Shown in pieces: positions 44,529 through 54,224 of a stretch of 64,000 nucleotides of DNA (positions are counted from its first letter, which is position 1; every line of letters begins with the position of its first letter). Origin of the DNA: an uncultured Gemmatimonadales bacterium (lineage in GTDB: Bacteria; Gemmatimonadota; Gemmatimonadetes; Gemmatimonadales; Gemmatimonadaceae); the NCBI GenBank assembly GCA_963793305.1, contig CAWBZV010000014.1:160001-224000 (forward strand), read 5' to 3'. The notes under the pieces are model-generated. The model searched no databases. It was not told where the DNA came from and saw nothing but the letters and a program-made list of their open reading frames with translations. The translations under genes were made by a program, and so were the position numbers.

Positions 44529-45659
44529 ATGGCCGATCGCGCTTTCCTCGATTGGCCATTCTTCGAGGCTCGTCATCGCGCTCTTGCGGGCGAGATAGAC
44601 GCGTGGGCCACTGAGCACGTCGGCGCGGCCGACGCGGATGTCGATGCGCAATGCCGCGCGCTGGTGAAAGCGCTCGGACAGGCCGGGTGGCTCAAGTACG
44701 CGATCGGCGACATCGATACCCGCGCGGTGTGTCTCATTCGCGAAACGCTCGCCCGGCACGAGGGCTTGGCGGATTTCGCCTTCGCCATGCAGGGTCTGGG
44801 ATCGGGCCCGATTTCATTGTTCGGCAATGCCGACCAGAAAGAGCGATATGTCTCCCGCGCGGGCGACGGCTCGAGCATCGCCGCTTTTGCGCTCTCTGAG
44901 CCCGGCACCGGATCCGATGCGGCCGCGCTGACCTGTGCCGCGCGGCGCGATGGGGATAGTTATGTGCTGGACGGCGAGAAGACGTGGATCTCGAATGGCG
45001 GGATAGCCGACTTCTACGTCGTCTTCGCCCGTACCGGCGAAGCGCCCGGAGCCAAGGGTATCACGGCGTTCGTGGTCGAGCCGGACACACCGGGCTTCGA
45101 CTGCTCCGAGCGCATCGAGGTGATCGCGCCGCACCCACTCGCGCGTCTCACGTTCGCGAGCTGCCGCGTGCCGGTCGCCCAGGTGATCGGCGAAGCAGGG
45201 CAGGGCTTCAAGATCGCGATGGCGACGCTCGACGTCTTCCGGACGTCGGTCGCCGCGGCAGCGCTCGGGTTTGCCCGGCGGGCGCTCGACGAAGCCTTGC
45301 GCCACGCGACGACGCGATCGATGTTCGGCCAGATGCTGGCCGACTTTCAGTTGACGCAAGCCAAGATCGCGACGATGGCGACGGGCATCGATACCGCCGC
45401 CCTGCTCACGTACCGCGCCGCGTGGCTTCGCGATCGCGGCCAGCGCGTGACGGTCGAGGCGGCGATGGCGAAGATGGTCGCCACCGAGACCGCGCAACAC
45501 GTGATCGATAGCGCCGTGCAGCTCCTCGGCGCGCTCGGCGTCGTGCAAGGGCATCCCGTTGAACAGCTCTATCGCGAGATTCGACCCTTGCGTATCTATG
45601 AAGGCGCGACCGAGGTGCAACAGTTGATCATTGCGCGCGGGATCATGAAAGGTGCCTGA
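44529..45659 (+). CDS. acyl-CoA dehydrogenase (AbmD-like)
   Basis: [34 protein letters not shown]. Confidence 0.93.
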   Translation: MADRAFLDWPFFEARHRALAGEIDAWATEHVGAADADVDAQCRALVKALGQAGWLKYAIGDIDTRAVCLIRETLARHEGLADFAFAMQGLGSGPISLFGNADQKERYVSRAGDGSSIAAFALSEPGTGSDAAALTCAARRDGDSYVLDGEKTWISNGGIADFYVVFARTGEAPGAKGITAFVVEPDTPGFDCSERIEVIAPHPLARLTFASCRVPVAQVIGEAGQGFKIAMATLDVFRTSVAAAALGFARRALDEALRHATTRSMFGQMLADFQLTQAKIATMATGIDTAALLTYRAAWLRDRGQRVTVEAAMAKMVATETAQHVIDSAVQLLGALGVVQGHPVEQLYREIRPLRIYEGATEVQQLIIARGIMKGA

Positions 45660-46071
45660 CGTTTATCGCTCGGATATTCTCATCCGGTTCAGGCATTGCG
45701 ATCCCGCCGGAATCGTGTTCTTCCCGCGCTATATGGAGATGTTCAACGATCTCGTCGAGGACTGGTGCCGCGAGGCGCTGGGCTTCGACTTCAACGAGAT
45801 CCACCTCCAGCGGGGCTGGGGCTTACCCACCGTGCATCTCGACGTCGATTTTCGCGCTCCGAGTGTGCTGGGCGACCGGTTGTCGGCGACGCTTCGGGTG
45901 AATCACATCGGATCGAGCTCGATCGGCGTGGATATCACGCTCTGCGGACCAGATGGCGCCGAGCGGGTGCGAGGAAAGTCGGTGCTGGTGTTCACGAGCG
46001 CCGTGTCCAAGCGCGCCGCGCCGATTCCGGACGAGTTACGCGCTCGTATCACCCAATTTTATGCCGGTTGA
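45652..46071 (+). CDS. acyl-CoA thioesterase (4HBT / hot-dog family)
   Basis: [25 protein letters not shown]. Confidence 0.9.
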   Translation: MPDVYRSDILIRFRHCDPAGIVFFPRYMEMFNDLVEDWCREALGFDFNEIHLQRGWGLPTVHLDVDFRAPSVLGDRLSATLRVNHIGSSSIGVDITLCGPDGAERVRGKSVLVFTSAVSKRAAPIPDELRARITQFYAG

Positions 46072-46444
46072 CCTGTTGCAGCCCGAGGGCTGGGAACGGC
46101 CGCGAGGCTACGCCTACGGAGTCGCGGCACGTGGCCGTATCGTGTGCGTGAGCGGCATGATCGGCTCGGGTCCCGACTTCGTGAGCCAGGTGCGCGATGC
46201 ACTGGGCCGTATCGTGAGAGTCCTGGCCGAAGCGCACGCGAAGCCGGAACATATAGTCCGGATGACTTGGTACGTGGTGGACAAGGCCGAGTACGTCGGC
46301 GCGTCCAAGGCGACGGGAGACGTGTACCGCGAGGTCATGGGCCGGCACTACCCCGCCATGACGGCGGTCGAGGTGTCCGGCTTGATCGAGCCGCACGCTC
46401 GCGTGGAGATCGAGGTTACGGCGGTAGTGCCCGACGACGCTTGA
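46061..46444 (+). CDS. RidA/YjgF family protein (abm-cluster type)
   Basis: LQPEGWERPRGY, VRMTWYV, HYPAMT.VEVSGL, VEIEVTA. Confidence 0.9.
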   Translation: MPVDLLQPEGWERPRGYAYGVAARGRIVCVSGMIGSGPDFVSQVRDALGRIVRVLAEAHAKPEHIVRMTWYVVDKAEYVGASKATGDVYREVMGRHYPAMTAVEVSGLIEPHARVEIEVTAVVPDDA

Positions 46445-47798
46445 CGATGAAGTACACGATCGTCAGGGCGCCGAGCCATGGCAGCCCCGCGATCAGTGTG
46501 ATGCGCATCCCCTCGACCCACCACGTGGTCACGAGAATCGCGACCATCGCCACGGCGCCTAGGATCGAGGTGTATGGATAGCCGATCAGGCGCGCGGGCA
46601 GCGGCCGTCCACCCGCTGCCTCCCACCGCGGCCGGAACCGGATGTGCGTGACGAAGATCATGAGCCACACGAACAGGATGCCGAACAGCGAGACGCCGTA
46701 CAGGTAGACGAACGCGCTGTTGGGATAGATCACGGCGACGGCCAGCGCGATCGCCAGCCCCAACGTCGAGGCGAGGAGCGCGGGGACCGGCACGCCCCGT
46801 TTGGACAGGCGGCCGAACGCCGCCGGCGCGTACCCGCCCCGCGAGAGCGAGAACATCATGCGGCTCACGAGATAGAAATTGCAGTTCATGCTCGACGCGG
46901 CCGCGCTGATCACGACGAAGTTGACGATGATAGCCGCCGCCGGCACGTCCATCAGCTCGAAGACCCTCACGAACGGACTCGTCGTGACCGTCGACCCGGG
47001 CTGGATCTGATTCCACGGGACGAGGCCGACCAGTACCGTGATCGCGCCCAAGTAGAACACGAGCAGGCGGCCGACGGTCTGCTTCAGCGCGCGGGGGATG
47101 GCGACGTTGGGGTCCTTGGCCTCGCCCGCCGTGACGGCGGCGACTTCGGTCCCGGTGTAGCTCAGGATCACGATCACCATCGCCATCCAGACGGCGGATA
47201 GCCCGTGAGGGAAGAACCCGCCGTGGCTCGTGTAGTTCGTGAGGCCGATGGGTGTTCCACCGAAACCGAAGATGGCGCCGGCGCCGAGGACGATGAAGAG
47301 GACGATCGCGATCAACTTGATCATCGAGAACCAGTACTCGATCCATCCGAAGCTGCCGACGCTGCGGGCATTGACCGCGATCAACGCGACCGAGAACGCC
47401 AGGACCCACAGCCAGCGCGACGTATGGGGGAACCACCACTGACAGTAGATGGCGATGGCGATCGCCTCGTTGCCGATCGCGATGCACTGGCACGCCCAGT
47501 ACGTATAGCGGACCGTGAACCCGGCCCACGGGTTGACGTATCGCTCGGCGTAGACGCCGAATGATCCGGCGGTCGGCATCGCGACCGCCATCTCGGACAG
47601 CGCGCCCATGAAAATCAGCGTGATCGCGGCCCCGAGGACGTAGCTCAGGATGACGGCGGGGCCGGCGATGTGAACCGAGAGCGAGCTCCCGAGGAACAGC
47701 CCGGTGCCGATCGCGCCGCCGAGCGCGATCATGCTCAGCTGACCGACGCCCAGCTCGCGCGACAGCTCCTCGCCCGTCGGCTCGGCGGGGGAGGTCAC
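46416..47798 (-). CDS. APC-superfamily amino acid permease (AAT/AroP-like)
   Basis: MIALGGAIGTGLFLGS, EYWFSMIK, SYTGTE..AVTAGEAKDP, about 12 TM helices. GTGA overlap with the upstream gene. Confidence 0.92.
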   Translation of the reverse strand: MTSPAEPTGEELSRELGVGQLSMIALGGAIGTGLFLGSSLSVHIAGPAVILSYVLGAAITLIFMGALSEMAVAMPTAGSFGVYAERYVNPWAGFTVRYTYWACQCIAIGNEAIAIAIYCQWWFPHTSRWLWVLAFSVALIAVNARSVGSFGWIEYWFSMIKLIAIVLFIVLGAGAIFGFGGTPIGLTNYTSHGGFFPHGLSAVWMAMVIVILSYTGTEVAAVTAGEAKDPNVAIPRALKQTVGRLLVFYLGAITVLVGLVPWNQIQPGSTVTTSPFVRVFELMDVPAAAIIVNFVVISAAASSMNCNFYLVSRMMFSLSRGGYAPAAFGRLSKRGVPVPALLASTLGLAIALAVAVIYPNSAFVYLYGVSLFGILFVWLMIFVTHIRFRPRWEAAGGRPLPARLIGYPYTSILGAVAMVAILVTTWWVEGMRITLIAGLPWLGALTIVYFIVKRRRALPP

Positions 47799-48950
47799 GC
47801 GCGCGCGAGCAAGTCTCGATTATCCTCCAGTACCGTCAGTGCGGCGTCGACGTCGTCGAGCGTGTTGTAGACGTGGAAGCCGAAGCGAATACCATCTTTG
47901 CGTGACGAGACCGCCACGCCGCGCGCGGTCAGCTTCGCGACTGCGGCCTGGGCGTCACGCGCACGCACCACGACCAAGGGGCCGACGCTCGACACCGGTG
48001 TCTTCGTGGCGACGCCGAGGTCGCGGAGTCCGCTCAGGAACGCGCGGGCCAGCTTCTCGACCTGCGCCGCGACGTTATCCAATCCCACCCGAGCTAAGAG
48101 CTCCAACGCCGGCCGGACGAGATAGACGCTGGGCATGGGCGGCGACCCGCCCTCATAGCGCCGGGCATCGGGCGCGGGGTCCAAGATGCGGGTCTCGAAC
48201 GCGAACGCATTGCGCTGCGCGAGCCAGCTGGTCATGGTCGGGTTCATCGCCTCGATCAGTCCGCGCCGGATATACAGGAAGGCGATGCCCGGGGGCCCAA
48301 GGAGATACTTGAGGGTGCCGGTGACGAAGAAGTCGACGCCGAGCGCTTTGACATTCGATCGGGCGCGTCCCGCAGTCCTGATAGCCATCGAGGAAGAGCA
48401 GCGCGCCGTTGTCGTGGGCAATGCGCGTGATCGCGGGGATGTCCGATCGCGAGCCGTTGACGAACGAGACCGCGGTCAACGGCACGATCTTCGTGCGCTT
48501 GTCGACTGCCTTGGTGTATGCCTCGGTCGGGACCTGATTGTCGGTGCCGTCGAGGAACCGGATCTTCGCTCCCCGTGGCTGCTGCGCCAGCCAGATCTGG
48601 CCCATTGTCGGAAACTCGAACTCGCTCATGACGACGGTATCGCGCCCATCGTGGCCATTGAACGCGAGCGCATTGGCGATGGGGTTGATCGCCGCCGACA
48701 CGCTGGTCGTGATGGCGACCTCGTCGGGCTCGGCGTTGATCAACTTGGCAAACTGGCGGCGGAGCCCCTCGTAGCACTCCATCCACGTGTCCCACGGGGT
48801 GACGGACGTCCGCCAACTCTCTATGTAGGCCCGCATCCCGGCCTCGCTCGCATCGGAGATCGCGCCCTGCGAGCAGTTGTAGAGATAGGTTTTTTCGCTG
48901 AGGATCGGGAAGTGTGATCGCAGTTCGGCGACCTGGTCGTCAGTGAGCAT
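47795..48950 (-). CDS. class V PLP-dependent enzyme (kynureninase-like fold, non-canonical; extra base near 48354)
   Basis: LRSHFPIL, YLYNCSQGA, EFPT, DGYQ..G.RPIDVKALGVDF, PLP Lys in TGTLKYLLGPPG, RRYEGGSP, HVYN. Confidence 0.85.
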
Positions 48951-48993
48951 GCCCAAATCTGGCGTACGGACGACCACGGTTCTAGTATGCACC

Positions 48994-49731
48994 ATGGACC
49001 GGAAACACTTTTATGCGACGATGAACGGGGAGGGAACGCTCGATTACGAGCGGTATCTCAATACGAAAGCGCTCCTCTCGTGCCAAAAGGATTTCGCGGA
49101 CTTTTGCAACGGCGACGAGCTCCAGTTCCAGATCGTGCACCAGGTGGAGGAACTGTGGATGAAGCTCATCGGGTACACGTTGCTGGATATCGACGACTAT
49201 TTGCAGCAGGAGAACACCAACCGCGTCGTCACGCTGTTCGGCCGGACGCACACGGCGCTCCGCCTCATGATTAGCCAGCTGGCGCTCCTCGAGACCATGT
49301 CGCCCCGCGAATATCAGGAGATTCGCCTCCGATTGGGCAACGGCAGCGGGCAGGAGTCGCCGGGCTATCGGACGCTGCTCAAGATGCCCGCGCACATCTG
49401 GCAGTCGTTTCAAACGTATTATCTCGACAATCACGGTCTGACCGTCGAGAAGATCTACAATACCGAGTATGCCCACGGCAATGCCTATGTCGTGGCCGAG
49501 GCGATGGCGGAATTCGACGAGCTATTTCAACGATTCCGGTATTGCCACGTGCAGCTCATCCAGCGCACGATCGGGCTCGGCTCCAAGTCCCTCAAGGGTC
49601 GCCCGGTCGACCGGCTCATCGAAGGGGCACACGCCACGTTCTTCCCCGAGCTGTGGGACATCAGGAGCCAGATGACGGACGGGTGGGGCAGTCAGTACGG
49701 CGTGGTGCGCGACTCCCTTTCCGCACACTAG
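48994..49731 (+). CDS. tryptophan 2,3-dioxygenase-family heme enzyme (atypical, MarE-like loop)
   Basis: YERYL, DELQFQIVHQVEELWMK, EYQEIR, GSGQESPG, proximal His in FRYCH, RTIG, FFPELW. Confidence 0.88.
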   Translation: MDRKHFYATMNGEGTLDYERYLNTKALLSCQKDFADFCNGDELQFQIVHQVEELWMKLIGYTLLDIDDYLQQENTNRVVTLFGRTHTALRLMISQLALLETMSPREYQEIRLRLGNGSGQESPGYRTLLKMPAHIWQSFQTYYLDNHGLTVEKIYNTEYAHGNAYVVAEAMAEFDELFQRFRYCHVQLIQRTIGLGSKSLKGRPVDRLIEGAHATFFPELWDIRSQMTDGWGSQYGVVRDSLSAH

Positions 49732-49745
49732 CGCCGCCCCTGCTC

Positions 49746-50963
49746 ATGTGCCGTGCGTGGGTAGACGGCGCGGCGCCCGGCGCGACGACGGATTCGAGCG
49801 GGCACTATCGGATCAACGCGGTTCCCGCGGGATCGCACCACCTGATCGTCCGCCACCCGGCGCTCGATTCTCGCGCGCTCGCGATCCGATCGGTCACGTT
49901 CGACTTACCGCCGAATGGTACGGTCTCCGTTGCACTGGCGACGCCGTCGGTCGCGACTATGCTCAGGCTGTTCTGCTCGGATGTCACTCCGGCCGCGCTC
50001 ATCTTCGGTCGCGTCTCTCGTGTCGACAGCGACGATCCGGTGTCGGGCGCCACGGTCACCGCCGCTTGGGTGGAGTCCCGTCCGGTGGGTCGTACGGCGA
50101 GCACCGACTCGACTGGGCGGTACCACGTGTGTGTCGCGCCGGACCACGCGATCATGTTGCGAGCACGACTGGAGACCGACGCCATGAGCTATGTGCCGTC
50201 GCCAGCCACGGACACCGTATTGTTCGCCGACGTGCGGCTGCCAGCGCCAGGTGAGCGCACGGGGGCCACGCTCTCGGGGCAAGTCGTGAACGAGGTCGGA
50301 GGAACGGTCAGTGGAGCGTCGATCACAGTCCTCGAGACGCCCGGCGCAAACGCCACGACCGGTTCCGACGGACGGTTCCGTCTCGCGGATCTGCCCCCGG
50401 GTTCCCGCGTGCTGATCGTGCGTACCGTGGGCCTCGATGCGAGCATCCTGCCCGTTGACCTTTCGGCTCGAGCGCCACGCACCGTGAACGTGTCGATGCG
50501 TCGCCCTCCGCCAACGTTGGCGACGGTCAATGTCACCGCCGAGCGGGCCGAGCTGGACGAGGCGTACCGGCGGCTCGGTTTCACTGAGCGACAGCGCATC
50601 GGCATCGGGCGGTTCATCACCGAAGATCAGATCCGGAACCACGGCGCGCTCACGACCGGCGATGTGCTGACGCAAATCCAGGGCATTAAGGTGGGCGACA
50701 ATGGCGACCATGGTGTCGACGCCGAGGCCATCGATGGCAGGGCCTCGCAGTTCGACCCCACTACCAACGCCTGCACGTTGTACGTTCTCGACGGCCAGTT
50801 CGTGGGTCAGGACGATTACGCGCGACGGCTCCCCCCACCGGCGCAGGTGATCGGCATCGAGATTTACAGGGCAGGCGAGCCGGCGCCGGTCGCGCCGCCG
50901 GCCGGCACCTCGGGGTGCGCCATGGTCATCGTCTGGACGCGGGCCATGCTCTCTCAAAAGTGA
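49746..50963 (+). pseudogene. carboxypeptidase-regulatory-like repeats + TonB-plug-like domain protein, N-terminus apparently missing
   Basis: Three T.TD..G.Y/F beta-sandwich repeats, GF.ER...G.G.FIT, YVLDG, GIEIY, GC..VIVWT. No signal peptide, and it begins directly after the TDO stop codon. Confidence 0.6.
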
Positions 50964-50967
50964 GTGT

Positions 50968-51875
50968 GCGGGTACTCCGAAGCCGCGCCCGGGCGAATCG
51001 CCCGTCGCGTCATACAAAGTCGTCATGCCCGGGTATTTCGGCGTCATGGGCATCCGATTGCTCGCGGGCCGCGACGTTGCACCGAGCGACCGGGCTGGCG
51101 CGCCTGGTGTCGTGGTCGTGAATGAGTATCTCGCGAAACAGTACTGGCCTCAGGAGAGCGCGATCGGAAAGCGGTTGACGTTGAACAGCGATTCGACGGG
51201 CCAGCCCATCTGGCTCACCGTCGTCGGCGTCGTCCACAATACGATTCACGACCAGTGGGCGGCGCCGCCCGAAGAGGAAGTCTTCGTGCCGTTCGCGCAG
51301 CAACCCGACTACCTCGGCAACCCGAAATCGCAGTTCGCCTACCTGTCGTTCGTCGTCCGCGTGGCGGCGGGGGCGGGGGACCTGATCCCGAGTATCCGCG
51401 CCACGATTCGGTCGCTCGATCCCGCCGTCGCGGTCGCGGAGGTACAGACCATGACACGCATCGTCGAGTCCGCGACCGCGCGCCAGCGCTTCTACCTCCT
51501 GTTGCTCGGTGCGTTCGCGGCGATCGCGCTCGTCCTCGCCGCCGTGGGATCTATGGTGTCATGAGCTACGCCGTCTCGAGCCGCACGCACGAGATCGGCC
51601 TGCGGATGGCGCTCGGCGCCCAGCCGAACCAACTCCTCTCGCGGGTGATCGGCGACGGGATGATCGCGGTCGCGATCGGCGCAGTCGCCGGGATGCTCGG
51701 CGCGCTAGCGCTCTCACAGGTGATCGCGACCATGCTCTACGGCGTGCGCCCGACCGACCTCCCGACGTTCGTGAGCGTCGCGATCGGGCTCGGTCTCGTC
51801 GCGCTCGCCGGCTGCTACATTCCCGCCCGTCGCGCGGCCACGGTCGACCCGCTCGTCGCGCTGCGGACGGACTAG
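50968..51875 (+). pseudogene. C-terminal fragment of an ADOP/MacB-FtsX ABC permease (also missing G near 51548)
   Basis: VMPGYF..MGIRLLAGR, VVVNEYLA..YWP, GIYGVMSYAVS.RTHEIGLRMALGA, PARRAATVDPLVALR. Only about 300 aa with no N-terminal half. Confidence 0.75.
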
Positions 51876-52852
51876 AGATTGAAGAGTCGCGCCGCGTTCA
51901 GCCCCAAAATCTTCGCGCGGTCTGCCTCCGGGATCGGCAGCCCGCGCAGCGATTCCAGCATCGACGGAATGCTTCCGATCTGGTGGGGGTAGTCACTGCC
52001 GGCCAGAATGTGATCGACGCCCGCGAATGCGATCGCCAGCTGCAGCGCGTCGCGGTCGAAGTTCACCGTGTCGTAGTAAAATCGTTTTAGATAGTCGCTC
52101 GGCGGTCGATTGATGTTCACGCGGCACTCGCGAAACGCATGATATCCGCGGTCCAGTCGCTCGGCCAGATAGGGAATCGCCCCGCCGAGATGACCCAACA
52201 CCCAGCGAATCCGCGGAAATCGCTCGGGGACGCCGGCGAACACCAGGTGTGCCGCCGCGAGCGTCGTGTCCATCAAGAATCCGACGAGTGGCATCAACCA
52301 ATAATCGGTCATCGCCTCCACGCCCACTGGATCGGTCGGGTCGATGTGCAGCACCACTCCGAGCGCATCCGCCGCTTCATACAGCGGCCAGAACCTCGCG
52401 TCCGCGAGGGCCACTCCATTGACGTTGCTGAAGAGCATCGCGCCGTGCAACCCCAGCTGGCCGCACGCGCGCTCGAGCTCGCGCACCGACGCTGCGGGAT
52501 CATTCAGCGGCAAGGTCGCATAGGCCGCAAATCGACCCTTCTTGTCGCTCACCACGCGCGCGAACGCATCGTTCACGAGGCTGGCCAGCCGCGCCGCCGT
52601 CGCCGTCGATTCCACGTGCGTGCCCGGCGTCGTCAGCGACATCACTTGCGTGTCCACGCCGAGCTGCTTCAGCACGCCTTCGCGATAATCGATATCGCGA
52701 TGCCCGCGCACCGCGATGTTGTAATCGCCGGGATAGTGGAGCCACGGATTCCCGTCGGCGTCGATGGTCACCTTCACGTTGCTCGGTCCGGTTTGCAACG
52801 CGTTGATGTAGGCCGGCGGATAGTAGTGGTTGTGAACGTCGATGATGCTCAC
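51872..52852 (-). CDS. amidohydrolase_2 family protein (ACMS decarboxylase-like)
   Basis: IDVHNH, GHLGGAIPY, YYDT, GSDYPH. Confidence 0.88.
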   Translation of the reverse strand: MSIIDVHNHYYPPAYINALQTGPSNVKVTIDADGNPWLHYPGDYNIAVRGHRDIDYREGVLKQLGVDTQVMSLTTPGTHVESTATAARLASLVNDAFARVVSDKKGRFAAYATLPLNDPAASVRELERACGQLGLHGAMLFSNVNGVALADARFWPLYEAADALGVVLHIDPTDPVGVEAMTDYWLMPLVGFLMDTTLAAAHLVFAGVPERFPRIRWVLGHLGGAIPYLAERLDRGYHAFRECRVNINRPPSDYLKRFYYDTVNFDRDALQLAIAFAGVDHILAGSDYPHQIGSIPSMLESLRGLPIPEADRAKILGLNAARLFNL

Positions 52853-54166
52853 GTGCGAGTCCTTTTATAGAATGGCCAGCCGGCAACCACGAAGAGCAAA
52901 CCGACCGCGCTCTCGCGCGGCGCGGCCACGATCTGATTGCACACAATCACCGTGCAGGCAGCGACAAACAGCGCTGGAACGACTGGATAGCCCCAGACTT
53001 TATAAGCGGGCGCATAACTTGGACGCCGTCGCAGCCGAAAAATGCCAATCACCATCAGCGCGAAGAATATCCACTCGGTGAACACCACGCGCGTAAACAA
53101 TGCCCGATACGTTCCCGTTGCGACGAGCACGCTCGACCACATGGCCTGTGCCACGATTGCGACGTAGGGGGTGCGAAATCGCGAATGGATCGCGCCGAAC
53201 CACTTGAATGCCAGTCCGTCTTCCGCCATCGCGAAGTACACGCGCGGCCCGCTCAGTATGACGCCGTTCACCGCGCTCGCGCCCGAGAGAATCACCAGCG
53301 CCGAGACAATGCCACCACCCCACGTTCCCGCGAGCGCATTCGCGGCATTGGCCGCTACGCGCTGCGACGTAATCATTTGTTGGAGGGGCAGCACGCGAAG
53401 GTAGGCGGCATTCAAGCCGAGATAGCAGGCCGTCACGACGAGTGTGCCGATGAGCAGCGCGCGGGGGATCGTGCGGTCGGCGGCGCGGGTCTCGCCGGCC
53501 GTGTACGTCACCATGTGCCATTCCGCCGAACGCGAACAGGCCCGCGATCATGGCGAGTAGAAACGCTCGGGGCCCGGGCAAGGGTTCGTGTGTCGCGGTC
53601 ACTGGCGCAATATGAGCGCGGCCAGCGATCACGAACACAAACACGAAGATCAGCGCCAGTGCCAGCACCTTGGCTGACGTGAGCGCCGTCTGCACCGCGC
53701 TGCCTTGTCTCACGCCAAAGTAGTTCACGCCCGACAGCACGAGGATGACTCCGATGGCGACGGCCTGCACTCCTCGGTCGCCGAGCGGTACGAAATAGCC
53801 CACATACCGCGCGACGATCACGGCGATCGCCGCGATAATTCCGGAGTGCATAATCCAGAACATCGCCCAGCCCCACAAGAAGCCCGCCAGCGGCGAGATG
53901 CCTTCGCGCAGGAACACATAGACGCCGCCCGTCTTCGGAAACGCCGACGCAAGCTCCGCGCACGCCATCGCGCCGCACAACGTCAACAGGCCCGCGAACA
54001 GCCACACCGCCATCATGGCGGGGACGTTGGGCACGAGCCGGCTGATTTCCGACGGCTGAACGAAAATCGATGTGCCGAGAATGATGCCCGCGACAATCGC
54101 CGACGTGGCCAACACTCCCATGGTTCGCTTCAGGCCGGCGTCGGGGGCTTTCTCGGATTCTGCCAC
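52849..54166 (-). CDS. APC-superfamily amino acid permease (LAT/SteT-like; extra base near 53521)
   Basis: ILGTSIFVQP, AELASAFPKTGGVYVFL, repaired FAFGGWHMVTYTAGE, PRVYFAMAEDG, YKVWGYP. Confidence 0.88.
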
Positions 54167-54224
54167 GCTCAAAGCTGCTATCGGCCGTCTTGTGCTGCAA
54201 CTTGTATACGAACAGTATACAGCC

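Noticed and set aside
36423..49731. Standard kynA-kynB-kynU annotation
   Set aside because: Not excluded, but signature motifs of all three enzymes deviate and no anthranilate-CoA ligase is present, so I withheld those gene symbols.
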